NCBI GenBank assembly: GCA_964203275.1
Contig: CAXNMF010000012.1
Span: 46,850-110,849, forward strand
From: Burkholderiales bacterium
Lineage (GTDB): Bacteria > Pseudomonadota > Gammaproteobacteria > Burkholderiales > SG8-41
Length of the DNA stretch: 64,000 nt
Direction of reading: 5' to 3'
Translations under genes and position numbers: made by a program
The notes under the pieces: generated by a model
Database searches by the model: none
What the model saw: the letters and a program-made list of their open reading frames with translations, nothing else
What the model was told of the DNA's origin: nothing
Shown: in pieces, positions 1-9,483 of the stretch
Layout: each line of letters begins with the position of its first letter
Numbering within the stretch: position 1 is the stretch's first letter

Positions 1-663
1 GGTCTTGACGACACGCGTTACAAAAATACCCGGCAGCGTTACCGAATCCGGCGGCAGTTCGCCGACTTCGACGATCTCATCAACCTCGACCACCGTGATG
101 CGCGCCGCCTTGGCAAAGGCCGGGCTGAGGTTCTGGCTGCCGCCGCGAAACTGCACATTGCCCGAACGGTCGGCGCGATAGGCACGGATGAAGGCGTAAT
201 CGACCTTGATTGCTGATTCCAGCACGTATTGCCGGCCGTCGAACTCGCGCGTTTCACGGCCAGTGGCCAAGTCAGTACCGACGCTCGCTGCAGCGTAGAA
301 CGCAGGGATGCCGGCGCCACCGGCACGACAGCGCTCAACAAGAATACCCTGGGGCACCAGTTCGACTTCGATCTCGCCGCTGACAATCTGCTCTTCAGTA
401 GCGGTCGGCATGCCCGGACGTACCGAAAATGCGGCAATCAGCTTGCGCACCTGTTTGTTCTCGGCCAGCACCTGCCCGCGCAGTTCGCCGGGCGCACCCA
501 TTGAGTTACAGACCAGACACAGATTTTTGGCGCCCTTGTCACGCAATGCGGTGATCAAGCCCAACGCAAAACGATGGCCAACACTGAAGCCGCCCAGTGC
601 TACGGTGGCGCCGTCCTCGAGGTCGGCAATGGCTTCTTCAGCGGAGGAAAATACTTTATTCAT
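1..663 (-). CDS. CoA-transferase subunit A (3-oxoacid/acetate CoA-transferase family); 3' end runs off the window
   Basis: Absent from the ORF track because no stop lies in the window. Reverse translation from ATG (663-661) gives MNKVFSSAEEAIADLEDGATVALGGFSVGH...ELVPQGILVERCRAGGAGIPAFY...RADRSGN, the alpha-subunit pattern of family I CoA-transferases. The frame is open to position 1. Confidence 0.8.
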   Translation of the reverse strand, partial: MNKVFSSAEEAIADLEDGATVALGGFSVGHRFALGLITALRDKGAKNLCLVCNSMGAPGELRGQVLAENKQVRKLIAAFSVRPGMPTATEEQIVSGEIEVELVPQGILVERCRAGGAGIPAFYAAASVGTDLATGRETREFDGRQYVLESAIKVDYAFIRAYRADRSGNVQFRGGSQNLSPAFAKAARITVVEVDEIVEVGELPPDSVTLPGIFVTRVVKT

Positions 664-1057
664 GATGTTGATGACTTGTCCGTTAGATACTTCAAGAAAT
701 GCAACGCACAGACACTGCATCCGTGCGACTCAAGCAGTCAGGTTGCTTACCCTCCTCCAAGGGATAGATATCTGTCAGGGCGCGCCTGCCGCTAACTCTT
801 TTTCAATGCATCGGCTGGCGATGCAGGGCCGCAGCAATTTTAGTGCTTATGGTTGGCGGGTTAAACAATCCAATCGCAAAACAGTATTAACTTTTTGTTG
901 AAAATACAAGGATTGTCCGTGACGCCGCATTGTGGGCTTGGCAAGCACTGTTGCTGGGGCAATGCTGCAGCACATCAATAGGGGAAACGCAGGCAATGTG
1001 ACCAGTATACGGTCCAATCAGACCAACCATGATGTCGCGAGTCCGCTTTCGCGACGG

Positions 1058-1171
1058 TCAGAAACTGCAGAACTTCAAGAATACGTAGCAGTTTCGACGG
1101 AAAAGTCTGTGCTGCAACACCGCAGGCAAAAGCGGCAAGTGCGGGCCGATGAAGATGGTTTTTAGATTCAT
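1058..1171 (-). CDS. hypothetical small ORF: 37 codons to TGA at 1060-1058, or 94 codons to TAA at 889-887 if the TGA is read through
   Basis: ATG at 1171-1169 is preceded by a near-perfect Shine-Dalgarno (AGGAGGGGG, complement of 1176-1184), about 70 nt downstream of the VWA gene. Peptide is MNLKTIFIGPHLPLLPAVLQHRLFRRNCYVFLKFCSF*. No family recognised, and GC3 is weaker than in neighbouring genes. Confidence 0.2.
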   Translation of the reverse strand: MNLKTIFIGPHLPLLPAVLQHRLFRRNCYVFLKFCSF

Positions 1172-1252
1172 GTGCCCCCTCCTGAAGAGCGGGCATTGTG
1201 TGGATCGCACCATGAACTGTCAAAGTTCAAAATGGATGCAGCGATTCGCCTA

Positions 1253-2662
1253 TCAGGACTGCTGTTCGAGCATTTCGCTGATCGCGCGATCAAGATGCTG
1301 GATCGTGTTGCAGACCCGCACAAGACCGCAGTACGGCGCGTAACGGAACATGTCGGAATCGCCGCTGCCCCAGCTGCCGGGGTGTTCCGGATTGAGCCAG
1401 ATGATGCGCCGCGAACGGTTGGCGATCTGCTCGAAGATGTCGATGCGCGGATCCGCATTGTTGCCGCGCGCATCGCCGACGATGATCACCGTGGTTTTGG
1501 GTGTCAGCAGGCGCATCCAGTTCGACTCGAAGTCGGCCAAAGCATTGCCGTAATTGGACGACTGGTAACCGATGTTCTCCATGATGCTGACAATCGCCTG
1601 TTCAACCAGCTGCTTCTCCAACTGGTAGCTCACATCGATCATCGATCCGGCAAACGCGAAAGAGTGGATATCCGAAAGCGCTTCATTGAGGGCATACAGA
1701 AACATCAGCAGGAATTGCGATACTTCGGCAACCGAACCGGACACATCACAGAGCACGACCACGCGCGGTTTCTCGATCTTGCGCTGCTTCCAGTGGGTGA
1801 CAAACGGCACACCGCCCCAGCCGACATTGCGGCGGATGGTTCGCCGCACGTCGAGTTGGCCGCGCAGGCGCCGGCGACGGACACGCGCATAACGCGAAGC
1901 CAGCTTGCGTGCCATCTGGCGCACCAGCAGGCGCATGTGCCGCATGTCGCGCTGGTTGACGTTCGAAAGCCGCGCGGCTTTCAGGCGTTCGATGCGGAAC
2001 TGCTCTGCGTCGGCCCGTCCGAACATTTCGAGGTGCTGTTCGACATAACGCTTGACCGAATCGCGCAGCAGGTCGATCTGCGCTGTCAGGCGCTGCCCGC
2101 GTATGATCGCCGCAGCCTCGCCGGAGCGGCGCAGCCCGTCAATCTGGTTTTCAAGATCACGCAAACCGATCTGCTGCAGGATGCGCAGGCTGTAGAGCCC
2201 CGTCTGCGTAAAGTAGCGGATGTTGTGCAGTCCGGTTTTTTCGGCAGCGGCTTCCACCGCAGCGGTGATGCCTGCATGATCCGATCCTTCCAGCATCTGC
2301 CCGAGCGCGGAGCCGCCCGATCCCTTGGCGGCGGCAACCGTTTGCATCGGCAACAAGTTTGCGGATTGCTCTTCGCTTGCGTCCGGTTTTGCGCCGTCCC
2401 AGACAAAGGCTTCGCGCTGGAAATAAAGATCAAAAACCTGGTCGTAAATGACTTTTTCTTCGGGTGTTTTGGCAATGACCAGGTTCAATGCCGCCTTCAG
2501 CAGTCTGCGGTCAGCGTAGCCCACCGCCTCGACCGCACGCATGACGTCGATGCTTTCCGCAGCGGAAATCCGCAGGCCGGCACCGCGGGCCGTCTCAAGG
2601 AAACGGCGGATCGGCTCCGTGGTCAGACGGTCGCGCGAGCCGTCGGCGTGCGCAGCACTCAC
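1253..2662 (-). CDS. VWA domain protein, CoxE-like
   Basis: 469 aa ORF with a C-terminal VWA domain carrying a MIDAS-like DxSxS (VVVLCDVSGSV). It overlaps the upstream MoxR ATPase gene by 4 nt, the typical CoxD/CoxE pairing. Confidence 0.85.
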   Translation of the reverse strand: MSAAHADGSRDRLTTEPIRRFLETARGAGLRISAAESIDVMRAVEAVGYADRRLLKAALNLVIAKTPEEKVIYDQVFDLYFQREAFVWDGAKPDASEEQSANLLPMQTVAAAKGSGGSALGQMLEGSDHAGITAAVEAAAEKTGLHNIRYFTQTGLYSLRILQQIGLRDLENQIDGLRRSGEAAAIIRGQRLTAQIDLLRDSVKRYVEQHLEMFGRADAEQFRIERLKAARLSNVNQRDMRHMRLLVRQMARKLASRYARVRRRRLRGQLDVRRTIRRNVGWGGVPFVTHWKQRKIEKPRVVVLCDVSGSVAEVSQFLLMFLYALNEALSDIHSFAFAGSMIDVSYQLEKQLVEQAIVSIMENIGYQSSNYGNALADFESNWMRLLTPKTTVIIVGDARGNNADPRIDIFEQIANRSRRIIWLNPEHPGSWGSGDSDMFRYAPYCGLVRVCNTIQHLDRAISEMLEQQS

Positions 2663-3642
2663 ACCACGCCGGCCTCGCGCCGCGCGCGATGCGTGAGGTT
2701 GACCAGTTCTTTTTGCGCCGACTCGATGTCAGCCTCGAACTTCAGCAACACGTTGAGCGTATCCCTGACCGTATCGTCACCCAGCACCGTGGCATGCAAC
2801 AGCACCAGCACACGAGCCCAGTCGATGGTCTCGCTGACCGATGGCGGCTTGCGCAGGTCCAGCACACGCAGCTGCTGCACGAAGCTCACCAGCTGCGTCA
2901 GCAGACGCGGATCAATGCCGGGTATGCGTGAAGCCACAATGCGTGATTCCAGTTTGGCATCGGGAAAATCAATGTGCAGGTGCAGGCAGCGGCGCTTCAG
3001 TGCATCGCCGAGGTCGCGTGTCGAGTTCGAAGTCAGCAGCACGATCGGCGGCACACGCGCAACCACGCAGCCGATTTCGGGAACCGTGACCTGATAGTCG
3101 GACAGTATTTCCAGCAGGAAGGCCTCAAACTCCTGGTCGGCCTTGTCGATTTCGTCGATCAGCAGGATGCTGCCGCGCGGTTCATCCAGCGCCTGTAGCA
3201 ACGGACGCGGTTCGAGAAAATCGCGCGAGAAAAACACGTCGTCGAATTCATGCAAGCGGCCCAGCGCCGCACCGAGGTCATCGGTATCACCGATCACCGA
3301 GCCGATCTTGTTGCGCAGGATCTGCGTGTAAAGCAGTTGCTTGCCGTATTTCCATTCGTACAGCGCCTTCGATTCATCAAGGCCTTCGTAACACTGCATG
3401 CGGATCAGCGGCAGGTCGAGCCACTGCGCCAGTGATTTGGCGAGTTCCGTCTTGCCGACGCCGGCAGGCCCTTCGACCACCACCGGTTTCTGCAAATGGC
3501 AGGAGAGATAAACCGCCATCGCAATCTGACGGCTGGCGATATACCCGGCGGCGCTGAGACCGGCTTCGACTTCCTCTACTGACGCCGGCACATGCATCTT
3601 AGTGACGAGTTTGGGTTCTGCTATTTTATTCATTAAAATCAA
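2659..3642 (-). CDS. MoxR-family AAA+ ATPase, CoxD-like
   Basis: 327 aa with Walker A GPAGVGKT and Walker B LLIDEIDK. Translationally coupled to the VWA gene. Confidence 0.9.
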   Translation of the reverse strand: MILMNKIAEPKLVTKMHVPASVEEVEAGLSAAGYIASRQIAMAVYLSCHLQKPVVVEGPAGVGKTELAKSLAQWLDLPLIRMQCYEGLDESKALYEWKYGKQLLYTQILRNKIGSVIGDTDDLGAALGRLHEFDDVFFSRDFLEPRPLLQALDEPRGSILLIDEIDKADQEFEAFLLEILSDYQVTVPEIGCVVARVPPIVLLTSNSTRDLGDALKRRCLHLHIDFPDAKLESRIVASRIPGIDPRLLTQLVSFVQQLRVLDLRKPPSVSETIDWARVLVLLHATVLGDDTVRDTLNVLLKFEADIESAQKELVNLTHRARREAGVV

Positions 3643-3727
3643 TAACTTATATTAAATATAAAGGCGAGCTCTTAATCGCGCCCGGCGCCATTGATCCGCT
3701 GCTGCGGCGACAGCAGTGAAGCATGAA

Positions 3728-5491
3728 TTACCAGGCCAGCGCGTAACCTTCGCGGCGCGGGTCAGCGCCGGCGTGGCGCATGCCTGTTTCCGGATCGACC
3801 TTGATCGCACACACCGCGGCATTCGCTGCCGGGAAACGCGGCCAGACTTCGACATCGTGGCCGCGGCGCTGCAGTTCAGCGATGACTGCAGGACCAAAAT
3901 CCTCCTCGACATTGAGGCGACCGGGGTAATAAGCATGCGGCGCGAAGGAATTGGGGAAACTTTGCGATGACACGCGCGGTGCTTCGACGGCCTGCTGCAT
4001 GGTCATGCCGAACTCAATAACATTGAGGAACACCTGCAGCATGCCCTGCGACTGCTGGTCACCGCCCGGTGTGCCGAAAGTCATGAACAGCTTGCCGTCC
4101 TTGAAGGCCATCGCCGGATTCGGCGTGAGGCGCGGGCGTTTGCCGGGCTTCACTTCGGCGGGATGACCAGGTTCCAGTCTCGACTGGCAGCCGCGTGACG
4201 AAATCGCCAGACCGGTGCCGGGGATGATCGGCGTTTCGCTGGCATTGTCCGACGTGGTCGCTGAGTAGGCATTGCCGAATTTATCAACGACGCAGTTGTA
4301 GATGGTGTCCTGGGACAGCCGGCTCAATCCGTGAGGCGCGGCATACAACGGTGTTGATGAACCGGTGACACGCCCCGTGTTCTCGGGGTCACCCGGGTCC
4401 GGCAGGCGGTCGAAGGCCTTCTGCATGTCGATGCGCGCGCGCTGGCGCACGGCATAGGCTTCCGAAATCATTGCGTCGCGCGGTACTTTCATGAATTTCG
4501 GATCGCCGACATAGGCTTCGCGGTCGGCAAACGACAGATTCAGCGCCGCCGCGATCAGATGCGCGTAATCCGGCGAGTTGTGTTTCATTGACTTCAGGTC
4601 GAAACCTTCGAGAATCTTCAGCGACTCCAGCAACACGATGCCCTGGCACCAGACGTCGCAGGCATGCACGGTGTAGCCGCGGTAGTTGACGGTGATGCTC
4701 TCTTCCACCGGAACTTCGAATCCGGCCATGTCCTCGAAGGTCATGAAGCCGCCGTTTTGGGCGTGGTAGTCGGCAATTTCGCGCGCAATCGGGCCACGAT
4801 AGAAGTAGTCATGAACCGCGCGCAGCTTCTTGTCACGGTCGCCGCTGCAGTCGCGTTCCGCCTGGATCAGGCGGCCGATGGTTTTGGCGAGATCTTCCTG
4901 CACGAACAGTTCGCCGACGCGCGGCGCACGCCCCTTGGGCAGGAATATGCGCTCGTTGTCGGGCCAGCGGCGGAAACTGTTTTCCAGATATTCAATATTG
5001 GTCGACAGCAGCGGATAGACGGCAAAACCATTGCGCGCGAGTTCCATCGCCGGCGTTGCCGCTTCTTCAAACGAAATCGTGCCGAAACGGCGCAGCGCTT
5101 CCACATAAGTCGCCGGTGCAGCAGGAATCACCGTGCGCAGCAGATTTTCGGGCACGGCCTTGCCGTTGCCGGCGGCAATCAGTTTTGCGACATCGGTGCT
5201 CTTCGGCCAGTAACCGAGTCCGGCCAGGCTGATGACCTTGTCGAGTTCCTTCATATAGATCAGCGTCGGCGCCACACAGGCGAAGCTGACCATGTCGGGC
5301 TGCAGCACGGAGAGCGCCATCGACGCGGTCACTCCGGCGTCAACGGCATTGCCGCCGTGATCGAGCACACGCATCGCCGCCAGCGTCGCCAGATAATGGC
5401 CGGCGGATGCCGCATGATTGCGTCCAACCAGATTCGGCCGGAAGCTCGGCGCCGGAACAGCCATTTTGACTGCGCGTTTTTTCTCTGCCAT
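3728..5491 (-). CDS. gamma-glutamyltransferase family protein (no obvious signal peptide)
   Basis: 587 aa with family-level similarity over the whole length: N-terminal GHYLATLAAMRVLDHGGNAVDAGV and a C-terminal FGTPGGDQQ block. Confidence 0.85.
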   Translation of the reverse strand: MAEKKRAVKMAVPAPSFRPNLVGRNHAASAGHYLATLAAMRVLDHGGNAVDAGVTASMALSVLQPDMVSFACVAPTLIYMKELDKVISLAGLGYWPKSTDVAKLIAAGNGKAVPENLLRTVIPAAPATYVEALRRFGTISFEEAATPAMELARNGFAVYPLLSTNIEYLENSFRRWPDNERIFLPKGRAPRVGELFVQEDLAKTIGRLIQAERDCSGDRDKKLRAVHDYFYRGPIAREIADYHAQNGGFMTFEDMAGFEVPVEESITVNYRGYTVHACDVWCQGIVLLESLKILEGFDLKSMKHNSPDYAHLIAAALNLSFADREAYVGDPKFMKVPRDAMISEAYAVRQRARIDMQKAFDRLPDPGDPENTGRVTGSSTPLYAAPHGLSRLSQDTIYNCVVDKFGNAYSATTSDNASETPIIPGTGLAISSRGCQSRLEPGHPAEVKPGKRPRLTPNPAMAFKDGKLFMTFGTPGGDQQSQGMLQVFLNVIEFGMTMQQAVEAPRVSSQSFPNSFAPHAYYPGRLNVEEDFGPAVIAELQRRGHDVEVWPRFPAANAAVCAIKVDPETGMRHAGADPRREGYALAW

Positions 5492-5516
5492 GACGACTCT
5501 CCTGCCGCTTTAACGA

Positions 5517-5705
5517 CTATCCGCGTTCTGCCAGGGTCTTGCCACCGACGCCCCAGGCGTTTTTCGGAATGTCCTGCACGGTAATCCACACTGATTCCGG
5601 TTTGACGCCGACGGCATCGACAAAGGCCTGCGTGACCTTTTCGATCAGCACTTTCTTTTGTTCAGGAGTACGGCCTTCGGCGACATAGAGTTGTGCAAAT
5701 GGCAT
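5517..5705 (-). CDS. 4-oxalocrotonate tautomerase family protein
   Basis: 62 aa starting MPFAQLYVAEGRTPEQKKVLIEKVT, with the catalytic Pro1 and typical size. Confidence 0.85.
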   Translation of the reverse strand: MPFAQLYVAEGRTPEQKKVLIEKVTQAFVDAVGVKPESVWITVQDIPKNAWGVGGKTLAERG

Positions 5706-5771
5706 GGTTGTTTTTCCTTGGTAGTGGGTTGATTTTGATGGTTGATGGTGGCCGGGGGCTGGTGGATGGAA

Positions 5772-6749
5772 TTATTTTTCGAGCTTGATGCCGGCTTCCT
5801 TGATGACCCTGGCCCACTTCGCCGTTTCGTTCTTGATGAAGGCGGTGAATTCGGCGGGGGTGCTGCCGACGGCGACTGCGCCGGAGGCTTCGAAGGTCTT
5901 GCCGATTTCCGGTGATCTGACGATGGCCGCAACCTCGCGTCCGAGTTTGTCGATGATGGCGCGCGGCACGCCGGCCGGCGCGATCATGCCCTGGAAGGCT
6001 TCAGCCTGATAACCCTTCAGCGTCTCGCCAACAGTCGGTACGCCGGGCATGCTGTCGAGCCGTTTGGCGCTGGTCAGCGCCAGGCCTTTGACCTTGCCGG
6101 TCTTGATATGCGGCGCAGCGGAAATCGTCGTCGTGAACAGCATGGTGACGCGGCCGCCGATGACATCGGTAATCGCTGGCGGGATGCCCTTGTACGGCAC
6201 GTGGATCATTTCGATGCCGGCCGTTTTCTTGAAGAGTTCCGCCGACAGGTGTGGCGCCGATCCAGCACCCGGGGTGGCGAAGGTCAGTTCTCCCGGTTTC
6301 GATTTCGCCAGTGCGATCAGGTCCTTCACCGTGGATACCGGCGCGCCGGCACTGACCACCAGGATATTGGGCTGGGAATTCAACTGGGTGACCGGGGTGA
6401 AATCCTTCAGAGGGTCATACGGCAGTTTGGCGTAAAGGCTGGGATTGATTGCAAACGTCGTGGTGACCATCAGCATGGTGTATCCGTCAGGAACGGCCTT
6501 TGAGGCAATTTCAGTACCGACGATGGTTGCAGCGCCGGGGCGCGTATCGACAACGATGCTCTGCCCCCACTTGTCAGTCAGTTTCTGGCCGATCAGCCGG
6601 GCGGTGATGTCGAGGCCGCCACCGGCGGCAAACGGCACAATCATGCGGATTGGTTTGCTCGGGTAATTGGCCGCGGCCTTGTCCTGAGCAATGGCAGTAC
6701 TGCTGATGGCGAGTGCTGCGGCGCAACCGGCAAGAATGAATGATTTCAT
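5772..6749 (-). CDS. Bug/TctC-family tripartite tricarboxylate transporter substrate-binding protein
   Basis: 325 aa with a signal peptide, then YPSKPIRMIVPFAAGGGLD and the other Bug-family blocks. Confidence 0.9.
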   Translation of the reverse strand: MKSFILAGCAAALAISSTAIAQDKAAANYPSKPIRMIVPFAAGGGLDITARLIGQKLTDKWGQSIVVDTRPGAATIVGTEIASKAVPDGYTMLMVTTTFAINPSLYAKLPYDPLKDFTPVTQLNSQPNILVVSAGAPVSTVKDLIALAKSKPGELTFATPGAGSAPHLSAELFKKTAGIEMIHVPYKGIPPAITDVIGGRVTMLFTTTISAAPHIKTGKVKGLALTSAKRLDSMPGVPTVGETLKGYQAEAFQGMIAPAGVPRAIIDKLGREVAAIVRSPEIGKTFEASGAVAVGSTPAEFTAFIKNETAKWARVIKEAGIKLEK

Positions 6750-6840
6750 GCGGAATTACCCCCTGAAAAAGTCGAAATGATGTTATCACGCAAGCCGCGA
6801 TATCCGCGGCAAGGCTCAGCATCTGGACTGGAAACCAGTG

Positions 6841-6895
6841 TCACCAAGGGTGACTGCCTTCGGGGCGCCACCCAAGGTGACTTCCTTCGGGGCGC
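6841..6895. repeat. tandem direct repeat, 28 nt + 27 nt, each unit containing a short palindrome
   Basis: Unit 1 is tcaccaagggtgactgccttcggggcgc (6841-6868) and unit 2 is cacccaaggtgacttccttcggggcgc (6869-6895). Unit 1 is part of the inverted repeat GTCACC-AAG-GGTGAC (6840-6854). The repeat lies between the GntR stop and the Bug gene start. Confidence 0.6.
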
Positions 6896-7621
6896 TCAGG
6901 TGAGCTGACTGCCGTCCTCACGCGCAGCACGGCTGCGGTTGCGTGCCTGATAAAGCATGTCGAGGGTGATCTTGCGCACCTCGAGTTTGCTTTGCTCGAT
7001 GTGCGCAGTCAGCAGGCGCTGGGCTTCATCGGCGCGGCGTCGCTGGATCGCCGAGAGAATCTTGCCGTGTTCGCCGTAGGTCGCAGCAATGCGGTCGGAC
7101 TTGGTGAAGTCGAGTCGCCGGATGATGCGCATGCGCTCGGTGATCTCGCGGTAGGTGCGCAGCATTTCGCCATTGTCGGTCGATTCGACGATACGCAGAT
7201 GGAAGGCCTCGTCAAGCAGGCCGACTTCCAGCGGGTCCTGGAGACGATCCTCCTCCGCGACCTTCCAGATTTTCGCCAGCGCCGCGAGCTCGGGGCGTTC
7301 TTCGGCGGCGGCACACAGTTCACGCACCGCAAAACATTCGATCAGCACACGGAAGTCATACAGTTCGTCGAACTTATCAAAACTGAGCAGCGGCACCAGC
7401 CAGCCGACCTTGGGCATCGCTTCAACGAAGCCCTCGTGCTGCAGTCGCTGCAATGCCTGCCGCAAGGGTGTGCGACTGACCTTGATCTGCTGTGCAAGCT
7501 CCGATTCGGAGAGGCGGTCGCCGGGCATCAGGTCAAAGTCAAAAATGCGCTTCTTGATCCGCGCATAAGCCTGATCGGCGAGACTGCCCTCATCCTTGCT
7601 GATATTGACTACCTTGGCCAT
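6896..7621 (-). CDS. GntR-family transcriptional regulator (FadR/FCD subfamily)
   Basis: Winged HTH LSESELAQQIKVSRTPLRQALQRLQHEGFV plus a C-terminal FCD-like helical domain. The ATG at 7621 is preferred over the TTG at 7627 used by the ORF track. Confidence 0.9.
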   Translation of the reverse strand: MAKVVNISKDEGSLADQAYARIKKRIFDFDLMPGDRLSESELAQQIKVSRTPLRQALQRLQHEGFVEAMPKVGWLVPLLSFDKFDELYDFRVLIECFAVRELCAAAEERPELAALAKIWKVAEEDRLQDPLEVGLLDEAFHLRIVESTDNGEMLRTYREITERMRIIRRLDFTKSDRIAATYGEHGKILSAIQRRRADEAQRLLTAHIEQSKLEVRKITLDMLYQARNRSRAAREDGSQLT

Positions 7622-7623
7622 GC

Positions 7624-9483
7624 TCAAGCCCGCTTCTGTTTCGGTTTGCCTGCTGTCACTGCTGACGCTGCTGAAACTGCTGACACAGTACCCGCCTCCA
7701 GATAATTGCGCCAGCCGCCCCAGCCCGTGATGTCCTCGGCATCGTTCAGCGCGCAGGGCTCACAGATGAAGCCGTTTACCCAGCTGCCGTCGGCCAGTTC
7801 AATTGCACCCAGCCCCAGCGGGGCAGGGATTCCGGCGAGAAACGTTCCGATGGTTTCAGCCGGCATGTCATAAACCTCGACCGCGATGGCTGCGCCCTGC
7901 GCCACACGCACAAGACCCGGTTTTGGCGGCTGCGTGCCTTTCAGTGCATACAGGCGGTAATGGGCTGCAGTGGTGGTGCAGGTGCGCAGGCGCGCACCGC
8001 GTTCGGTCAATTGGTGATGCAGCGGCATGCCGGCCAGATGCGCGCCAACAACAGCCAGCGGTATCGCGCCCGGCGGGGTCGCGTGGATACAGCTATCGGC
8101 CGTATCGAATGGACGCAGTTTCGCCCCGAGCGGCAAGCCCAGTGAACGCTGCCACTGCGCGGCCAGTTCGGCCAGCGCCCAGTCACAACCACCCCGGGCG
8201 ATGAAGGTCACGCCAAAGGGAAGACCGTCCGGCGTAAAGCCGAAGGGCACCGCGACTGCCGACAAGCCGAGCAGATTGACAAAATTGGTATAAGTGCCGA
8301 GTTCACTGTTGCGCGCAATCGGTGCGGCGGCGACATCGGTAAACGTCGGCAGATTTGGCGCAGTAGGCACCATCAGCACATCAAACTCGTCCCAGACATG
8401 CCGCGTCTGCACTTCGAGTTCGCGCACGCGATAAATGCCGTTGAAGGTATCGACTGCGGAGTAGTTGCGGCCGGCGCCGATGACTTCGGCAACCACAGGG
8501 TCGATACCCGCTCCGCCCTGTTCGATCATCGACCCGGCAATGGCGTAACGCTCGGCCGTCCATGGCCCCTGATACAACAGTTTCGCCACATCGGTAAACG
8601 GCTGCAGGTCAAAAAGACCCTGCGTGAATTGCATGCGAACGAGATGTCCGCAAGCCTGTGCATAAAGATCCCGGTAGTCCGGGTTGACGAAAAACGGCGC
8701 ATGCGGAATGCCGACATGGGGTTTGCCTGGAAACGCATAACGTGCATGCGGCGGATGATTGAAATGGGCCTCGCCCGCGCTGAGCGCACCATGTCCCGCC
8801 ACCACGCGCAGCAATGCAGCCGCGTCTGCCGCCGTCAGCGTCAGCAGCGACACGCAATCAAGCGTACGGCAGGCCGGCACCACGCCGGCTGTGCTGACAA
8901 GCCCCGGAGTCGGTTTCAGCCCGATCAGATTATTGAAACCCGCAGGCACACGCCCCGACCCGGCGGTATCCGTACCCAGCGCAAAACTGACCAGTCCTCG
9001 CGCCACCACCGAAGCAGAACCCGAGCTGGATCCGCCGCTGATGTGCTGCGGACTGAAGGTATTGGGCACAGCGCCGTACGGCGAACGCGTGCCGACCAGT
9101 CCGGTGGCGAACTGGTCGAGATTGGTCTTGCCGAGCAACACCGCGCCAGCCTGCATCAGGCGTGCAACCACATGCGCAGTTTCAGTGGCGATGTAAGCAA
9201 ATTCGGGACAGGCCGCCGTCGTGGTCCAGCCGGCGACATCGATATTGTCCTTGACGGCGAAGGGCACACCATACAGCGGGCATTCGGCGGGATCACGCTG
9301 TGCAAGCACGGCCAGTTGGGCTTCCAGTTGCGAGGCCGTTGCGAGATTGATCCACGACGGATCGCGCTGTTGTTCATTGCTGCGGTAAAGCTGCTGCCAG
9401 CGCGTACGGACAAACTCTGCGGCATCAAGGCCTCCTGCGGCGACTGCGGTATTGATGTCGGCAATGGTCAGCAAAGTATTCAT
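7624..9483 (-). CDS. allophanate hydrolase (amidase-signature domain plus AtzF-type C-terminal domain)
   Basis: 619 aa with the amidase signature GGSSSGSA within ISGGSSSGSASVVARG and an N-terminal FAVKDNIDVAG. The ~120 aa C-terminal extension is typical of allophanate hydrolases. It overlaps the upstream ABC ATPase stop by ATGA. Confidence 0.8.
   Translation of the reverse strand: MNTLLTIADINTAVAAGGLDAAEFVRTRWQQLYRSNEQQRDPSWINLATASQLEAQLAVLAQRDPAECPLYGVPFAVKDNIDVAGWTTTAACPEFAYIATETAHVVARLMQAGAVLLGKTNLDQFATGLVGTRSPYGAVPNTFSPQHISGGSSSGSASVVARGLVSFALGTDTAGSGRVPAGFNNLIGLKPTPGLVSTAGVVPACRTLDCVSLLTLTAADAAALLRVVAGHGALSAGEAHFNHPPHARYAFPGKPHVGIPHAPFFVNPDYRDLYAQACGHLVRMQFTQGLFDLQPFTDVAKLLYQGPWTAERYAIAGSMIEQGGAGIDPVVAEVIGAGRNYSAVDTFNGIYRVRELEVQTRHVWDEFDVLMVPTAPNLPTFTDVAAAPIARNSELGTYTNFVNLLGLSAVAVPFGFTPDGLPFGVTFIARGGCDWALAELAAQWQRSLGLPLGAKLRPFDTADSCIHATPPGAIPLAVVGAHLAGMPLHHQLTERGARLRTCTTTAAHYRLYALKGTQPPKPGLVRVAQGAAIAVEVYDMPAETIGTFLAGIPAPLGLGAIELADGSWVNGFICEPCALNDAEDITGWGGWRNYLEAGTVSAVSAASAVTAGKPKQKRA

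Noticed and set aside
1172-3094. 640-aa plus-strand ORF covering the VWA and MoxR genes. Similar long antisense ORFs occur at 4664-5584, 8398-9567, 25666-27033, 26799-27803, 31470-32408, 34663-36168, 36364-37758, 42381-43547, 43701-44588 and 51631-52917.
   Set aside because: These are shadow ORFs typical of GC-rich DNA. They are Arg/Ala/Gly/His-rich low-complexity translations with no recognisable motifs, and each lies opposite a gene with strong family similarity and proper start and RBS context.
5645-5932. 95-aa Pro/Ser-rich minus-strand ORF bridging the tautomerase and Bug genes.
   Set aside because: It is out of frame with, and overlaps, two well-supported genes. Its composition reflects the alternative frame of GC-rich coding sequence.
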